The position numbers and the translations under genes are program-made. A stretch of 46,392 nucleotides of DNA from Spirogloea muscicola (Eukaryota), in NCBI GenBank assembly GCA_009602725.1, contig WELB01000006.1, positions 487,634 through 534,025 on the forward strand, given 5' to 3'. Positions 1-12,445 of this stretch are shown here, piece after piece. The first letter of the stretch is position 1. Each line of letters begins with the position of its first letter. A model generated the notes under the pieces. The model did no database searches, was not told the DNA's origin, and worked only from the letters and a program-made list of their open reading frames with translations.

Positions 1-430
1 TCTTCAGGCCCCGCAGTCGCTGCTTAGCTCGTAGTTTGGCCCCTTCGAACCTTGTCAATTCTTTTCGGGCTGGCTTCTCACAGCCCTTGCCCCCATTCGG
101 AGAGCCACTTCTTCTTGCTGTTCATAGCCCTCGGCCCCTTCAGGAGAGCCACTTTCTTTCACAGCCCTCGCCCCCTTTGAATGAGCTTCTTCAAATACTT
201 TTTCTAGGCTGGCCACTCACAGCCATCGCCCTCTACTGGAACAGTCTTTCTTCCTACTTCTCTCTGTCACCTTAGCCACCTTAGCATAAGGCTTCGCTTA
301 TGTAGCCCTTGTTTTTGCAATAGACTTGCTGTACAAAGTATTCGCTTAAATTGGCCTACCTTTCATTTCATGCGCACTGCACGCCTGGAAGAGCTTACCA
401 TTCTGGTTATCCTCTACAGCCGCTTCTGGC
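1..430 (+). repeat. Stacked array of CRE-retrotransposon 3'-UTR/tail fragments (at least 4 hairpin modules plus a second UTR type)
   Basis: 1-115 is near-identical to the 3' UTR after the retroelement stop at 29640 (29672-29840, apart from an extra module there) and to the reverse complement of 15085-15212. Further CACAGCC..GAGC(C)AC-TTCT-like modules lie at 116-158, 158-192 and 207-250. 269-387 resembles 2330-2440, the UTR of the relic ending at 2301. Confidence 0.8.
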
Positions 431-569
431 TATCAGCAAGGGGACTGCTTTCCGGTTGCTGATATTTCTAACTTGCGGCTGCTAACCAGGGGCTACTGAG
501 CGACCGTCCTTCGCGGTGCTTGCACAGCTGTGTAATCTAGCGCTTACCGGCCCCTCAGACGTTGTCCAT

Positions 570-705
570 TGTGGTCGGGCTGGCCTTTCGCAGCCCTCGC
601 ACCCTTTGGAATGCAATCCTCGGCCCCATTGCAAGTGCTTACACAGGCCATCGCCACCTGAGAAGAGAGAAGGGCTCGCCCATTGAGGATAGGGGCTGAG
701 AAGAA
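570..705. repeat. Two CRE-tail modules in opposite orientation
   Basis: GGGCTGGCCTTTCGCAGCCC hairpin at 577 (+). 661-705 matches 14948-14990 (AAGGGCTCGCCCATTGAGGATAGGGGCTG), an antisense tail. Confidence 0.7.
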
Positions 706-1739
706 CCCTCCCCTCGAGAGTGGCGCCGTGGCGAGCGAGTCCGGCGCCGGTTCCATGTCGGGCCCCGCCGCAGCCCCATCCGTCTGCGGCGTCAGGCCTC
801 CTCTTCGATTTTCTCCGCGGCGCCTGCCGGCGCGCCGCGTCGCGCGCCGACCCGCGGATCCGCCGATGCGCCCACGCGCCGGCGCCGCGCTCCGACACGG
901 CGGGGCCCAGCAGCGGCGGCACAAGGCGGGCACAGCAGCGTCGCCACTAGCGCCGCAAGCCCGACGGCGAGGCCGCCGCCAGCCGGCCTGCCGGTGGTCG
1001 TCATCGGGGGGCGGGCCCGCAGGCGCCACGACGGGGCCTCTGCGGGGCCCACGACGGCTCAGGTGACGCAGCGCAATCGGCATCGGAGCGCGCTGGCGTG
1101 CCGCGAGCGGCCCCGAGCGCGAAGTAGATGCAGATACGGTGGCCACGCGTCCACAGTGGGGTTTGCAGACGACGGGGCCGCCTGCTTTCCGTGTCCGGGC
1201 AAGCGGGCCGGTGAAACGGCAGACGTCCCCCTTTTCACACAGCTTAGAAGCCCCCGAAAGCCCACCCCCCCCCCTCCCCCCCCGGCGGGCTTCGCCGGCC
1301 ACGCCGCCACCAAGCCTGGCGCCCCATGTGCCCGCGCCGCTCCCGCACGGGTTCCGCCGCACTCTTCGCCTCGCTTGGAGAGGGGCCGCCCACCCTGCCT
1401 CGGCCCCTCTTGCTCCCTGCCCGCAGCCTCGCAGAAGGCGGCGCCCGCGACACTCCTCGATCGCTCCACCCCTCGGGCTCAGAACATGCATGTGAACAGT
1501 CCGGCAGCGTCCTTTGCCCACGCGGCCCACGCTTTGCCCCATCGATTGTCGCCATGTGCGGGTCGCATTTCCCCATCAATTCCCACCATGTGCGGGTCGC
1601 TCGCCTCCCTCACCATCGCCATCCTTTTGAGCCTTGTCCATGTTTTATTGGGCTGGGCTTTTACAGCCAAGCCCCGCTCTGGGAGCTTCTCCCTCCACCA
1701 GCTCATTTCGGGCCCGTCATAGAAAGCATCAGCACATTA

Positions 1740-2440
1740 GAAAAGACCAGGCGTTCAAGAAGGCGCTGATTGCTTGACGGCCCACCAAGCTGCCCATATC
1801 GGCTACTGTGCCCCTGCTGGCGCATGCCACTGTGGTAAGCAGCCCTTTTGCAGGGTGTGATTCTTAATACTCCTCCAGGACATGAACATGCCATGTCATT
1901 GACTGTAGAGTAAGCAAGACCGCCACAGTACCTATCGCCAGTTTCGAAACCCCTCCAACGTTGGCCTGGCACCATAAGAACCAAGCCCTTGAGGAGACCA
2001 CCTCTATTCCGTCTGCTATGAACCTCAATGGCGGCCACGGTAAGGAATGGTTCCTTCTCCAGCATCTGGCCCAGCTGGTGGACGCGCGTTGTCGTGTTCG
2101 GGGGGGCAGCTTGGGGCACACTAGCATTCCGGTAATTGCACATTACAGAATGAAGCTTTCGCTAAGTTCGCAGCGCTCCCAGGCTTTGGCTGTCTACAGC
2201 GTGCTGAGCGTGCACTAAGCATTGGCAAGTCGCTTCCGTGGATTGCTCCGGCTCCTCAATGAAGCCTGCCCCCTTTGTTTATGCTCACTCGTGGGTACTG
2301 AGTCCCCCTTCAGCCTGCTATTGCATTGTTACCTTAACCACCTTAGCGTACGGCTTTGCCTTGTAGCCCCTCTTGTTGCACACTGCCGTTCAGGCAAATT
2401 CATCTGGCCTCCACTTCATTCCATACGCACCGCGCGCCCC
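1740..2440 (+). mobile_element. Degenerate 3' relic of CRE-like non-LTR retrotransposon
   Basis: The 1961-2218 ORF (IPSAMNLNGGHGKEWFLLQHLAQ...HYRMKLSLSSQRSQALAVY) aligns by eye with the C-termini at 26400-26716 and 29340-29640 (VPLAVDVHGALGSHWLNLLARLA...YRMRLSVSLQRSMAHALH). It ends CTCACTCGTGGGTACTGA (LTRGY*) at 2301, as the 26716 copy does. The 5' boundary is uncertain. Confidence 0.75.
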
Positions 2441-3165
2441 TCGTCTTACTTGGCACGGCGCGAGCCGTGCACGGCGCCAGAGGGCATAGGGGCAGGAATT
2501 AAATGCAAGTATTAGGCCTGCAGCGAGCCTGGGTGCCGAGGCTCATGCAGTGAGCCAAGCAGAGGACCTGAAGGGCGGCCAAAACAGGCCGGGCTCCCAC
2601 GCCGTTTCCTGGCTGGCTGGCTCACGCTTAGCCGTGGCCCGTAGCTCATCGCTGCCACGCAGCTGAATGCATGGCCTGGCCACCGCGTGATCGTCCTGAT
2701 GGATTTCCTGGTGAGGGGGCTCGGGCGTGGCTCCGAAGTTTCCAAGAGCCAGCAGCCATAGCTTGCGCTGCACTTGGGACGAACGCAGTGACCGCCCTTG
2801 CCGCGCCGCCACTGTCTTGCTCCTCACACCGGCTTGGCTAATTTGCGGTACTCTGAGGCTTAGGCTTCTGGCTGTCGAGCGGTAGCACAGACATCAAGTG
2901 GGAGGTGAGCAAGGGTCGAGGAGGCAGTATAAGTGATTGGTAATTGTGTGCCACTCCGGTAGCATGAATGCATGTTGCTCTCGCACGGGCTACAGCGCTC
3001 CTTGAATCTTCTGGATGCCTAGGGTCGTGCTAGCTTGGACCCACTTTGTATAATTAGAAGACATGCATAGGAAGGCTGTCCACTGCAGTCACATGCAACT
3101 CAAGACTTTGTGTGATCGTGCAGGTACAGGTGTTTCAGCATAGAGGAACTCGTTGGCTGCAATTG

Positions 3166-3959
3166 ATGGTGTGCCTAGACAAGATAGTGCTGATGGGTAT
3201 ACTCGCCACAGTATCCTGTGAGGGGTTGCAGGTAAGTTCGTGGCCTGCAACTCGATGAGCTAGGCAGCTCTCATGCTTATCTTTTAAATAAGTTGGTGAC
3301 ATCTCATGTAGAACACTCCACGTCATTGCAGTCTCCATAATTCCCTGCTGTCTGCAAAGCACATTGCGAAAGGAGGGCAGTCTGAAGCCGCATAAGGTCC
3401 ATGCTGTCTATCACATGGCTACTTTACCTCAGCTGTAGGCCTACTATGGGCCTGCTGTAGCTGTTGTTTCTGCCTTAGCATGTCGCTGATATGCATGCTT
3501 GACCAAGTTTCGTCTCAGTTTGTCAGAGCGGCAGCACGCGGTAGCTTCCGTCAACCCGTAAGCCGGACTACAAGCTATTTGGCTGGGACTGCAGTTTCAG
3601 GCAACAATTACAAGCAGCTGCAGGCAACACCAGCGGCTTGCTTCTCCACGATGGTTTACTACGAGATGTACTCGAAGCAGCAGCTTGTCCGCCCATCAGC
3701 TGCTGGGGCTGAGGGCCTCTCGTCAAAAATGAAGGAGCTGCATATCAAGAATCCTGCTGTGGACCACTATGTCTTCAACTGTTGCTCTCAGAACAACATG
3801 ATCGCTGCCAATGGTTACAAGTACGGATTGACATGTGCTGATGATGGTTACGGTGACCGCAACGGCGTCACGATTGGGGACTTGGACGAGGAGGCCTACG
3901 GGGCGCAGCACACTATTCTGAGCTCCGACTACTCTTCCAACAGCAAGCTGCTGGAATGA
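3166..3959 (+). CDS. Hypothetical ~169-aa protein, 2 exons (3166-3231, 3519-3959)
   Basis: ATG exon MVCLDKIVLMGILATVSCEGLQ ends at a strong CAG|GTAAGT donor and splices in phase at TCTCAG|TTT into the open 3480-3959 frame. No family recognised. An unspliced start at 3480 is also possible. Confidence 0.5.
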
Positions 3960-4656
3960 CAAGGGCACACGGTACAATCCACTATTTGGCAGATGCACCG
4001 TAGAAGAGCTGCATGTTGGCAAACGCATGAGGACATGCAGCAACATATAAAGGTTCCACATGATGAGAAGCATTAGCGTCAGACAGAATTGCACATAGAT
4101 TGAAGGCGTCACCACGGCATTACCATCACTCGACTTCACATGCCTCGGCGTCTCAGCAGTGATGCAATTTGATTTTGCTTAGTCGACTTTCAGCAATGAC
4201 AGCAACAGCCTGACTGCAGGACGGTCTTGCATCAAGTCCTGTACTGACTTTTAGGCTTCAGCTCAGAGATTGGGGCCTGTGTACACACTGCAGCACATAT
4301 AGCACATCAGTGAACAAACACTGCACCTTTGATCCCCCCGACTCCTGCAACCACACGCACTGAGCAAGGAGGCAGCAGCTACTGTGCATGCATGCTGCAG
4401 CTGATAATGGTCGACATGAGGCTCAGGACGGACTCCGAAGGACATGCCAACGTCCTGTAATATATACACGCACCTGACATGGACTGTGATTCTGTGTAGC
4501 AAGCTAGCATGCCTGCTATTATTGACATCAGACCTCGTGGTACGTTATTACATCGTATGGCGACTGCATGTATAGCAGCCTCCAAATGGTGGCGCTTCGC
4601 TTTGATAGTAGAGCGACCGATAGGAGCGTCCTAAAGCTTCACAGTCATGTGTACAG

Positions 4657-7600
4657 TCATGCTTGTCTACTGCCATCCTCCAGGTATTTGTATTCAAAAG
4701 TGAAGCTGTTCTTGATGCGTGTGCACCTGCATTGACGGGCATGCACCAACATGCACACCTCAATCTGAATACACGTACTCACAAAACAACAGGACGACCG
4801 ACTGCAACCTATTGAGAAGGCATGACCAATACACCTAAACTTAAGCCGAATAAATTGTGATTGCTGAACGAGCAGGCTTCTTACAGAAACTGAAGAGCCC
4901 TCAAACAGCAACATGCTGACTTGAACTGGGGCTTACCACCCACTCGTCTGCCTGTCAGCACCTTCCACTTGGTGCAAGTTGAAGTCAAAGTACACATAGC
5001 TACCCTGCTCCGATTCTTCTGTTGCTATCTGTAAAAGAGCATCCAAGATTTGACTGCTCAGTGTCTGTACATGCAACTACAGCCATGGTATAATTGAGCC
5101 GTTACTGTGCCTCATCACAGAAACAGTGATATAATATTAAGCATCAAGTAGCATATGCATGTGATATCACGAATGCATGTGATATCAGTGATGACACACA
5201 AAGCTTTAGTAGGCAAGGTTGGGCGCTGCATTTGGAATCTAGAGTGGGTAACTAACATGAGGACTGGAATGGCGCTGAAACCAAGTGTTGTAGCGTGTGT
5301 GGTACCTCCACGCCTGCTTCTTAAGCTCCCGAGAAGCAAGGTACTGCAAATACGTGCCCTGTACAAGCAATGGGAAGTACTCAAATTGTCAGTGATGAAT
5401 TGATTATGCCAAGATCAGCATCGCTGATGCTCATCAAATGGGCTCGCCTAGAAAGCTTCACAAACAAGGAGTGCCTTTGACAAAGTCATATCTTTTTCGA
5501 GCCAACAGGTGGTGCAACATCTTATTCTGAATCAAGTACGTCAACCACTCTTCCTATGAATTCATTTGAGGCGAAGCAAGGATTGCAACTGGCGGGATGA
5601 CGCTGGAAAGCAAAAGACTAAGCATGTGAAGCTGAGATTGAATGCAGCTTCATATTGAGTGCACCTGCTGGAAGTAGAAAGCGAAGAACAAGGCATCAGT
5701 ATCGAGCTTCTCAAACAGTGCATGAGCGTTTTGAGCTGCCACTGGCGCTTGCGGCCAGCTGCAGGGCAACTTCAATGGCTTTGATGATGCGAACGTTGGC
5801 CTTGTGTCAGCACAAGTCAGCGAACATTTGGTTAATACTTGATCAGCATAAGCTGGTATCGATAGTGGCTCTTACGGCGTTAAGTTATCTGATTATGCTC
5901 GCGATATTATATCCCTTCAGTATCATAGCTCACATGTGCTTGTATACATGGTCAAAGAGGGTAGTATTGGGTGAACAAGAGAATGTCACGCATTTATGAG
6001 CTACTGAAAGGTTACCTTGCATCGCCTTGGTTCGGCGTTCCATTTGCTTGAGTCGGACTTATGTGCCTCAGCCCACTCACTAGCAGGGCGTCGGCCTCGC
6101 CATGCGGTCCCTTCGTACACTTTACAGGGTCAGGGAGCAGCTCATGAGCTGCTAAGCTGGAGCTTGCGGAGGTGTCAATATGATTCCGCCAACCAGGTGG
6201 GAATGACGGCTGAGAGTGCTCCTGAGGGGCTGCTGGCGTAAGTTGTTGATCTCGTTGGTGTTGACTTAAGAACCTGTTAGGGTGGTCAGATTTGGGAGTG
6301 AAGCCCAGCTCCCAGTCTTCCCGCAGCTTTTGTCCAACCTCCATGTCATTGCCCTTCTCCTCTGGGTTGATAGCAAGGCGAAGAGTCAGTCAGAAGCTGG
6401 ACTCCTTGACATATTGGTCAGCTATAAATTGTCCCAATCCACAAGTTGCATCCTCCATTTGCTGATTTCTGCTGACCTCTCAGTCCAACTCTGCTTCCTT
6501 GGTATCTGTGAATCCGAAAGCTTGGTGTCCTGCTCTTATTCTCTCTTGCTTCTCTACCAAGAATCGAGACCGAAAGAGCTTGTTGGGGGGTAAATGGTAT
6601 GGTGTGCAGGATTAGAGATGTCGCCAAAGTGTGCACTGCTTGCTTGAGTCTGAATAGAACCTGAAAGTGGGGAAGGATGACTAGTACGTACTTCCTTCCC
6701 GCTTGACTGGCTGGGATTGTTACTTTGCGGGTCAGTTGCTACTGTTTGCAAAGTTGCTGTAGAGGCCTGCCCCCTACTTCCACCTTTTGAGGAAGTTAGT
6801 TGTGAGTTTAAAAGATTGACTCCGATGTCACGAAGGACCTGCTCTTGCATCTGCATGCAATAGAGATACAATGAGTAAGTCGATGCTCTTTGCAGCAATT
6901 CGCAGAGGATAAAAGATTTGAATATGCCGTACTATAAGGAAAAGCATCAAAAGGACACTGCCTCAGCCATTTTGCTGGAGCGGATGCTTATTTTGGTAGG
7001 ATGCACGCCGTCACATTCTTATTACTATATTCACAGCCCTGAGCAATGAGGACAAGTTGCAGTAAACACTCACTTGAGGAGGTTCACTAATGTTGGATGA
7101 ATTAGCACTTGAATGTTGGGAGCTGGCCTGGGAGGTACCATCACTGACTTTGTCACCTTGGCTATCTAGTTGACTTGACTTCCGCGGAGTTGGCACAGTG
7201 CCTTTAATTCCAGAAATACTGCGAGAGAACAGCATGCTACTGGCCCTTGTACCAACTGGTGCAAGCCGTTCTCCCTGTCTCGACATGATTGATGCATGCA
7301 CAGGTGCATCCCTCCGCAAGAGCTCAACAGTCCCATCCTTTGTGTCCCTTTCACGAACCTGCAATGCCACAAAAAATAGGAAAAGTCATGCATTGCAGAG
7401 TTTCTAGCCATTGCTAGTCTTTGACGACTATAAACTGCATGCACTGAGTGACGCGATCAAGCTTCGCAAAGTATCTAGCCATTGCTAGCCTCTGACAGAG
7501 TCAGCTGCATGCATCTAACTCAAGTCCAAAGCTTGTCATGTGCTACCTATGCCAGACCTGTTCTATAGCAGGGTCCTGTGATACTACCAAACGGCTGGAA

Positions 7601-10600
7601 ATAGGAGGACTTTCCCGCCCAAATGCTGCAGCTAGAAGTGAGGCTCGTCTCCGTGTAGCTAGCATCTGTGAGTGCACAAGTCAGTCGGAGTGTTACTGCT
7701 CGTCTTACCGACATTGCAGGCTGCCGGAGTGGCTGATGTACATCTGATGAGACAAGTATAAGTGGGAAAGTCGAGTATACGATAGGAACATACAGATTGT
7801 GGAGAATGAGGAAGGTTGCGAGGAGACAAGGACTTGTTTCTTTTCGGTGTACTCGACATGTCTTCAGAGCATCCAGCGGCTGTTGGGCTGCAAGCGCTGC
7901 CGGGTATCTGCATCGGCAATGGACTGCCCATGGCATCTGGCATAGCGATCCATGTAACTGAATTAGATGGAACACTGGCACGTCATCTGGATTGATGACC
8001 GAGATTTTATGTCCTGGAAACCACTGGCACGACCAGAGCGCAAGCGATACGAGCATTTCTACCCGCAGAAGACCTGTCAAGCAAGAAGAAAGACACCCTG
8101 CTCGACTGCAGCATGTATTCTTCAAAATTTAGGACATAACGTAGGCACCTCAGTCATAGACCCAAGTCCTGGTGTGCACATCACCTGTGATCTTTGGTGG
8201 AAATGCATCTGCAATGATTGCTTGAAGCTCCTGTACAATCAACATAGGCCATGTAAGAAACATACACTCAGCTACCATGCCCTAAGCTCACAGGATTGCA
8301 AAAGATGCTGCGGTCAACTTGCAGTACACTGCTAGCTTTTACATCGAGATTAGTCTTGAAGACAAGGTACAGTCACTGCATGTTGACATTTTCAAGCAGC
8401 ATAATAGACCTCCCATCAGGGTTCAACTTGCAGGACTCAATCGTTTGGTCAAAGATGGGTCCACCGGCACCTTTTGCGAAGTACCACTTGTTGGTGAAGT
8501 GGCCAGCACAGTAGCTGCACTCTTGGGGCTGAGACCAGGTATAACTTTGGCTGCACGTCAAGCACACATCTCATCATCCATTCTGTCCTCCAGATGCAGC
8601 CATTAGAAGCAGATACACATGTTCAATTATAGGTCTCCAGGCTTCCATGGCTGCAGAAACAGATGCTTCAGGCCACCATGCATAGATTTCACAACATGAT
8701 GCGGATGTGCGCTGCTCGAGTTACTGTCACTGTATTTAGGGGTCCTGATCTGGCAGCCAAAGCGCAAGCTTATTTCTGAGGTAGCATAGATTATGTGCTG
8801 ACGATGATTTTGCACGACCTGCGCGCCCAATGCTAAGTTCTTCTCCAACTTTGCTGTCCAGCTTGTCAAATGGGAGGTGACTATAGATCGTCTCGTCATG
8901 CATGTAGTCTGGGTCCTGCATCCAGAAGTATGGATGATTCACGTAAGTATGTTTCAGACGAAGCTACACAGCATTGAGAGGCTCGATGGTACTCAGCTGA
9001 CATGCCTACGAGACATTACGACCTTCCTTTCAAAAGCCAAGAGCTAGACAGGCGCTCATACTGCCAGCATCAATGTGCAACACAGCATAGACTGTAGATG
9101 CAAGTCCATGACACCTGCAACAACCATCATGTATTTCAGAATGCACAGCAGTATATAGATTCAGGTATGTCGAATCAGGTAGTGACCTGATTCATGTCAA
9201 GGTAATATTCCAGCATGTCTCTTAGGTCGTCAACCTCCTGACAGGCAAGCTCGTTGTTCTCCAGCAGCCTATGTACCTACTTGATCCATAAACAAGGTAA
9301 AGAGGACGCCATCAGCAACAGCAGGCTGTGACACACATTAATACTTACTTGACCTTATACCATATGCTGCTCCTGGTCCCAGTGAAATATGTGGGACACT
9401 TCAGAGAGTATAGGAGTAGAGCTTGCTAGGCAAAGTGTGAGAGTGTCTGCACCATGGTAATTATTGGGACAACTCTACTCCGATTCAACCTTTAAAGCAT
9501 TTGATACCTGTTCCAACTTTGCGCGGTGCCATTTGTTCTGCACAGTAACACATAAATTTGAGAGCGTGAAATGACACTATTGTGGAGATTGTGCACCGTT
9601 GAGATTTCTTTGGCATAATTGCTTACGAATATGCATCAGTGTCTGGAAGCTTTATCCAGAAGCTTTTGTTGCTTTCAGGATTGGCTGACGAGGCCAGGAA
9701 TGGGACTGAAGAATAGACATTACTGCTTCCAATGGTGCAGAGATACTTCTCTTACCCTGTCAACCATGCACTCCAGCTCGGAAACCCTTGAACATGCCTT
9801 TTTGTTACCCCTTCCTGAGTGGGAGCAGCCAAATGCACCGACAATCTCAAAGAGCCGCCGATTGAAGGTCAGCATTGCTGTCCACACTCTGAGATATTCC
9901 AAGGTCTTGCTGCAGCTCTTCTACTTTGAGCCTCGAAATGGTAAGACCAAAATGAAACCCTCTGAGCTGAGTCCTTGATTTCGAATTTCAGAGATTATTA
10001 GTTCGTCATAGATGACATCAGATGCATGCATTAATTCACCTGGCCCTATGCTTTCAATTTCTGCTTCAAACGCATCAATTTGCAGCTGAAGCGCATCAAT
10101 TGTCTGCAGAAGCACACCACAAAGCTATCATTCCGATCACTGTAATAAGGTCCAGCCGCAGCCAGGCTTTTGCGAACAGGTGTGCCATGCATAATGCTGA
10201 AGCGCTGCTTACAGGCTCCAAAGTAGGCTAGCTTACCTTATTGAGGAAGGTTGCTGCTTCGACCTTTCCCTGCTCCTCTGGGTCCAATTTAGGCTTCGCC
10301 ATGAACCGAACGATCATTGTCGAGTCAGAAGTATACAATGGATGCTTTTGATGTCAATTGACAAGTCAGTGAGCATGGACAATATTCACAAACACAACCC
10401 TTTCAGTACTGATACCAGTGTCCATCAGCTGTCCAGCCGTGTACCTGCTGAACAAGCCCTTCCTTGGAGAATGCTTTTATTTTGGAGGCCTTTTCGCACT
10501 GCTTAAAGCGCTCCATTTCCTGCTCAATCTGCTTCCGTGCACTCTCGAGCTGGTCTGACAGCGCTTTTGTATCTTGGGTGGACAGCCATGTTCGGATCTG

Positions 10601-11213
10601 ATCTCGATACCTGTCGACAATATGGCCACCGCACAGCCAGAGATGATCTCTCCATTTCCAGGACTAGGTGATGTATCGTTGCTGGCGCGCTTTGAGTCAA
10701 ATTTCACGAGACCATGACTTTGGAGTACGACATAATCGCTTGCAAATTGCACATGCATGTGCAGTAGCTCAAGGATGATGCTATCTAAAAATCTCAGGGT
10801 ATGTCAGTCCAATAGGATTTCATAGGACAACGTGCTCGTACCTTTGTAATTTCTTGAGCTCCTTCTTCAACTCGTTCTCAAATTTGTCCTTCTTTGCTGT
10901 CTGCTCATTCGGAAAGTGTTAAGTCATGCAGGCTTCGTAATCATACTCCAGCTGAACTGACAGACTGCAGGTGGTTCAACACATCTGCATGCAAGCTGTT
11001 GATCGTGCTAACTTCAAAGCAGATGGCGAAGCGCAGGCGTGGCTCATTGTTTGACAAAAAGAGGACGGTCTATTTGAGGTTGCTCGCAAGAAGCTTACTA
11101 CGCACATCGTTGGCTTGGTCCATCTTCTCCCAAGTCCTGCCGAATTCGTCCAGCCCTTCTTGGACCTTCTTCAGGGTCCTCTCCACCTCCAGCTGCATCT
11201 TCTTGGTTCCCAT
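4657..11213 (-). CDS. NOT3: CCR4-NOT complex subunit 3 (Not3 N-terminal domain, low-complexity linker, NOT2/3/5 box), ~19 exons
   Basis: N-terminus [30 protein letters not shown]...[25 protein letters not shown]...[23 protein letters not shown]-terminus [48 protein letters not shown]...[10 protein letters not shown]...[19 protein letters not shown]. Linker exons (6000-8900) are only tentatively placed. Confidence 0.93.
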
Positions 11214-12445
11214 CGAGCAGGCAGGCTGCTCGAAAGACGACTGAAGATTACGCAGGCAAGTGTGTTACAGCATTTCTTGACTTTGAGCAGCTCCACGAGT
11301 GGCAGACGCAGCCGCAGCCGCAGCCGAATGGAAGAGCGCCGCAGCCATTTCCCTACCACGCGCTAGTAGGCAGGCCGGTGGTGGAAAGGGGGCTGCGCAG
11401 GCGCAGATTGAGGCCGCGGCTTTGGGGGACGGCGCTGCTTGTCCTCTGCCTGCAGTTGAGACGTCGCCAACAGCAATTTCCCCGGTCGAGGGACCTCTCC
11501 GCGCGCTAGAAACGGATTACGGCGAACGCCACCGGTCACGTGTGTGGGGCCCAATCTGGCGTTGCCAGACCGCGTCTTGGACCTTCTTGTGAGCCTCCCC
11601 AGATGCCCTCTACGCTCAGCAGCTGCAAGTGAGCAACAAGTAGAGATCCAAAGAAGTACAGGTCTGCAGGGTTGCAACCCTCAGAGCAGTTGGTGAATGC
11701 CTCGTAGTCAGGCACAACATGCCAATATACCCCAGTGTCTCAGCAGCCCAGCCACACCATCTATTCATCGAACTACAGGTTGAGTCACTAGATGCAGCTG
11801 CGAGGTGAGAGTACGTTGAGTGAAGATGCAGACGACAGTGACCCACTACCTATTGCTGCAGCAAATAATCAATAATGAGGCAACATGCCAGCGGACAATG
11901 TATACATGCTGCAGGGCCAGTGGTATGGGAGGGCACCGAGTGCCTCACAAAGTATGTGCATGCTACGTTTGCAGAAGCAGACCACACATGCCGTAGCAAA
12001 CGTTGCAGCACCTAACGGCATGGCTGTTGCCACGAATGGCGCCACTATTACATATGGCTAGATTAGTAGCATGAAGATAATCGAGGAGGCGTCAAGTATT
12101 TTAACAGTAGTTGCACAATGGGCTTGGTTCTTGCTCTTGCCACATGTCAGCTTGTTGAGATATCTGCGAGATTCATTCTGACAGGTGCCTCACAGAGCTG
12201 GCAGGATACTAGCATAATCTTATCTGCCAGATTTACTGGCATTAGTGGCAAAAGTGGAATGCTTGACATGCTGGCAACGCTGGCGATGCTGGCAATACCT
12301 GCCAGCAAGTACTGCCTAGCAAGTAGTCATTTGCCTTTCAGTCCAAGGCTGTCATCGTGGACATAGTAAGAAGCCATCTGCACTGCAAGCGATCTGAGTA
12401 CTCCCTCTTTCCGATTGCTATATACAACTCTGGCCACTTGCTCAT

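Noticed and set aside
24..55. tRNA-like A/B boxes (TAGCTCGTAGTTTGG ... TTCGAACC) suggesting a tRNA-derived SINE
   Set aside because: The boxes are only ~5 nt apart, there is no cloverleaf, and the same sequence is the 3' UTR of the ORF ending at 29640.
1..255. CRISPR-like array from recurring hairpin repeats
   Set aside because: The context is eukaryotic, the repeats are degenerate with irregular spacing and occur in both orientations elsewhere, and there are no cas genes.
482..1769. Many long overlapping Arg/Ala/Pro/Gly-rich ORFs (also 18900-20300, 24180-24900, 29700-30500, 44095-45425)
   Set aside because: These are expected chance ORFs in very GC-rich islands. Only frames that splice into recognisable genes were kept.
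6300..8100. In-frame TAA/TAG/TGA in the NOT3 linker suggesting a pseudogene or TAR=Gln genetic code
   Set aside because: Phase-compatible splice sites avoid the stops, and SK, RsmD, CHLH2 and the cupredoxin all end at TAG in the expected positions.
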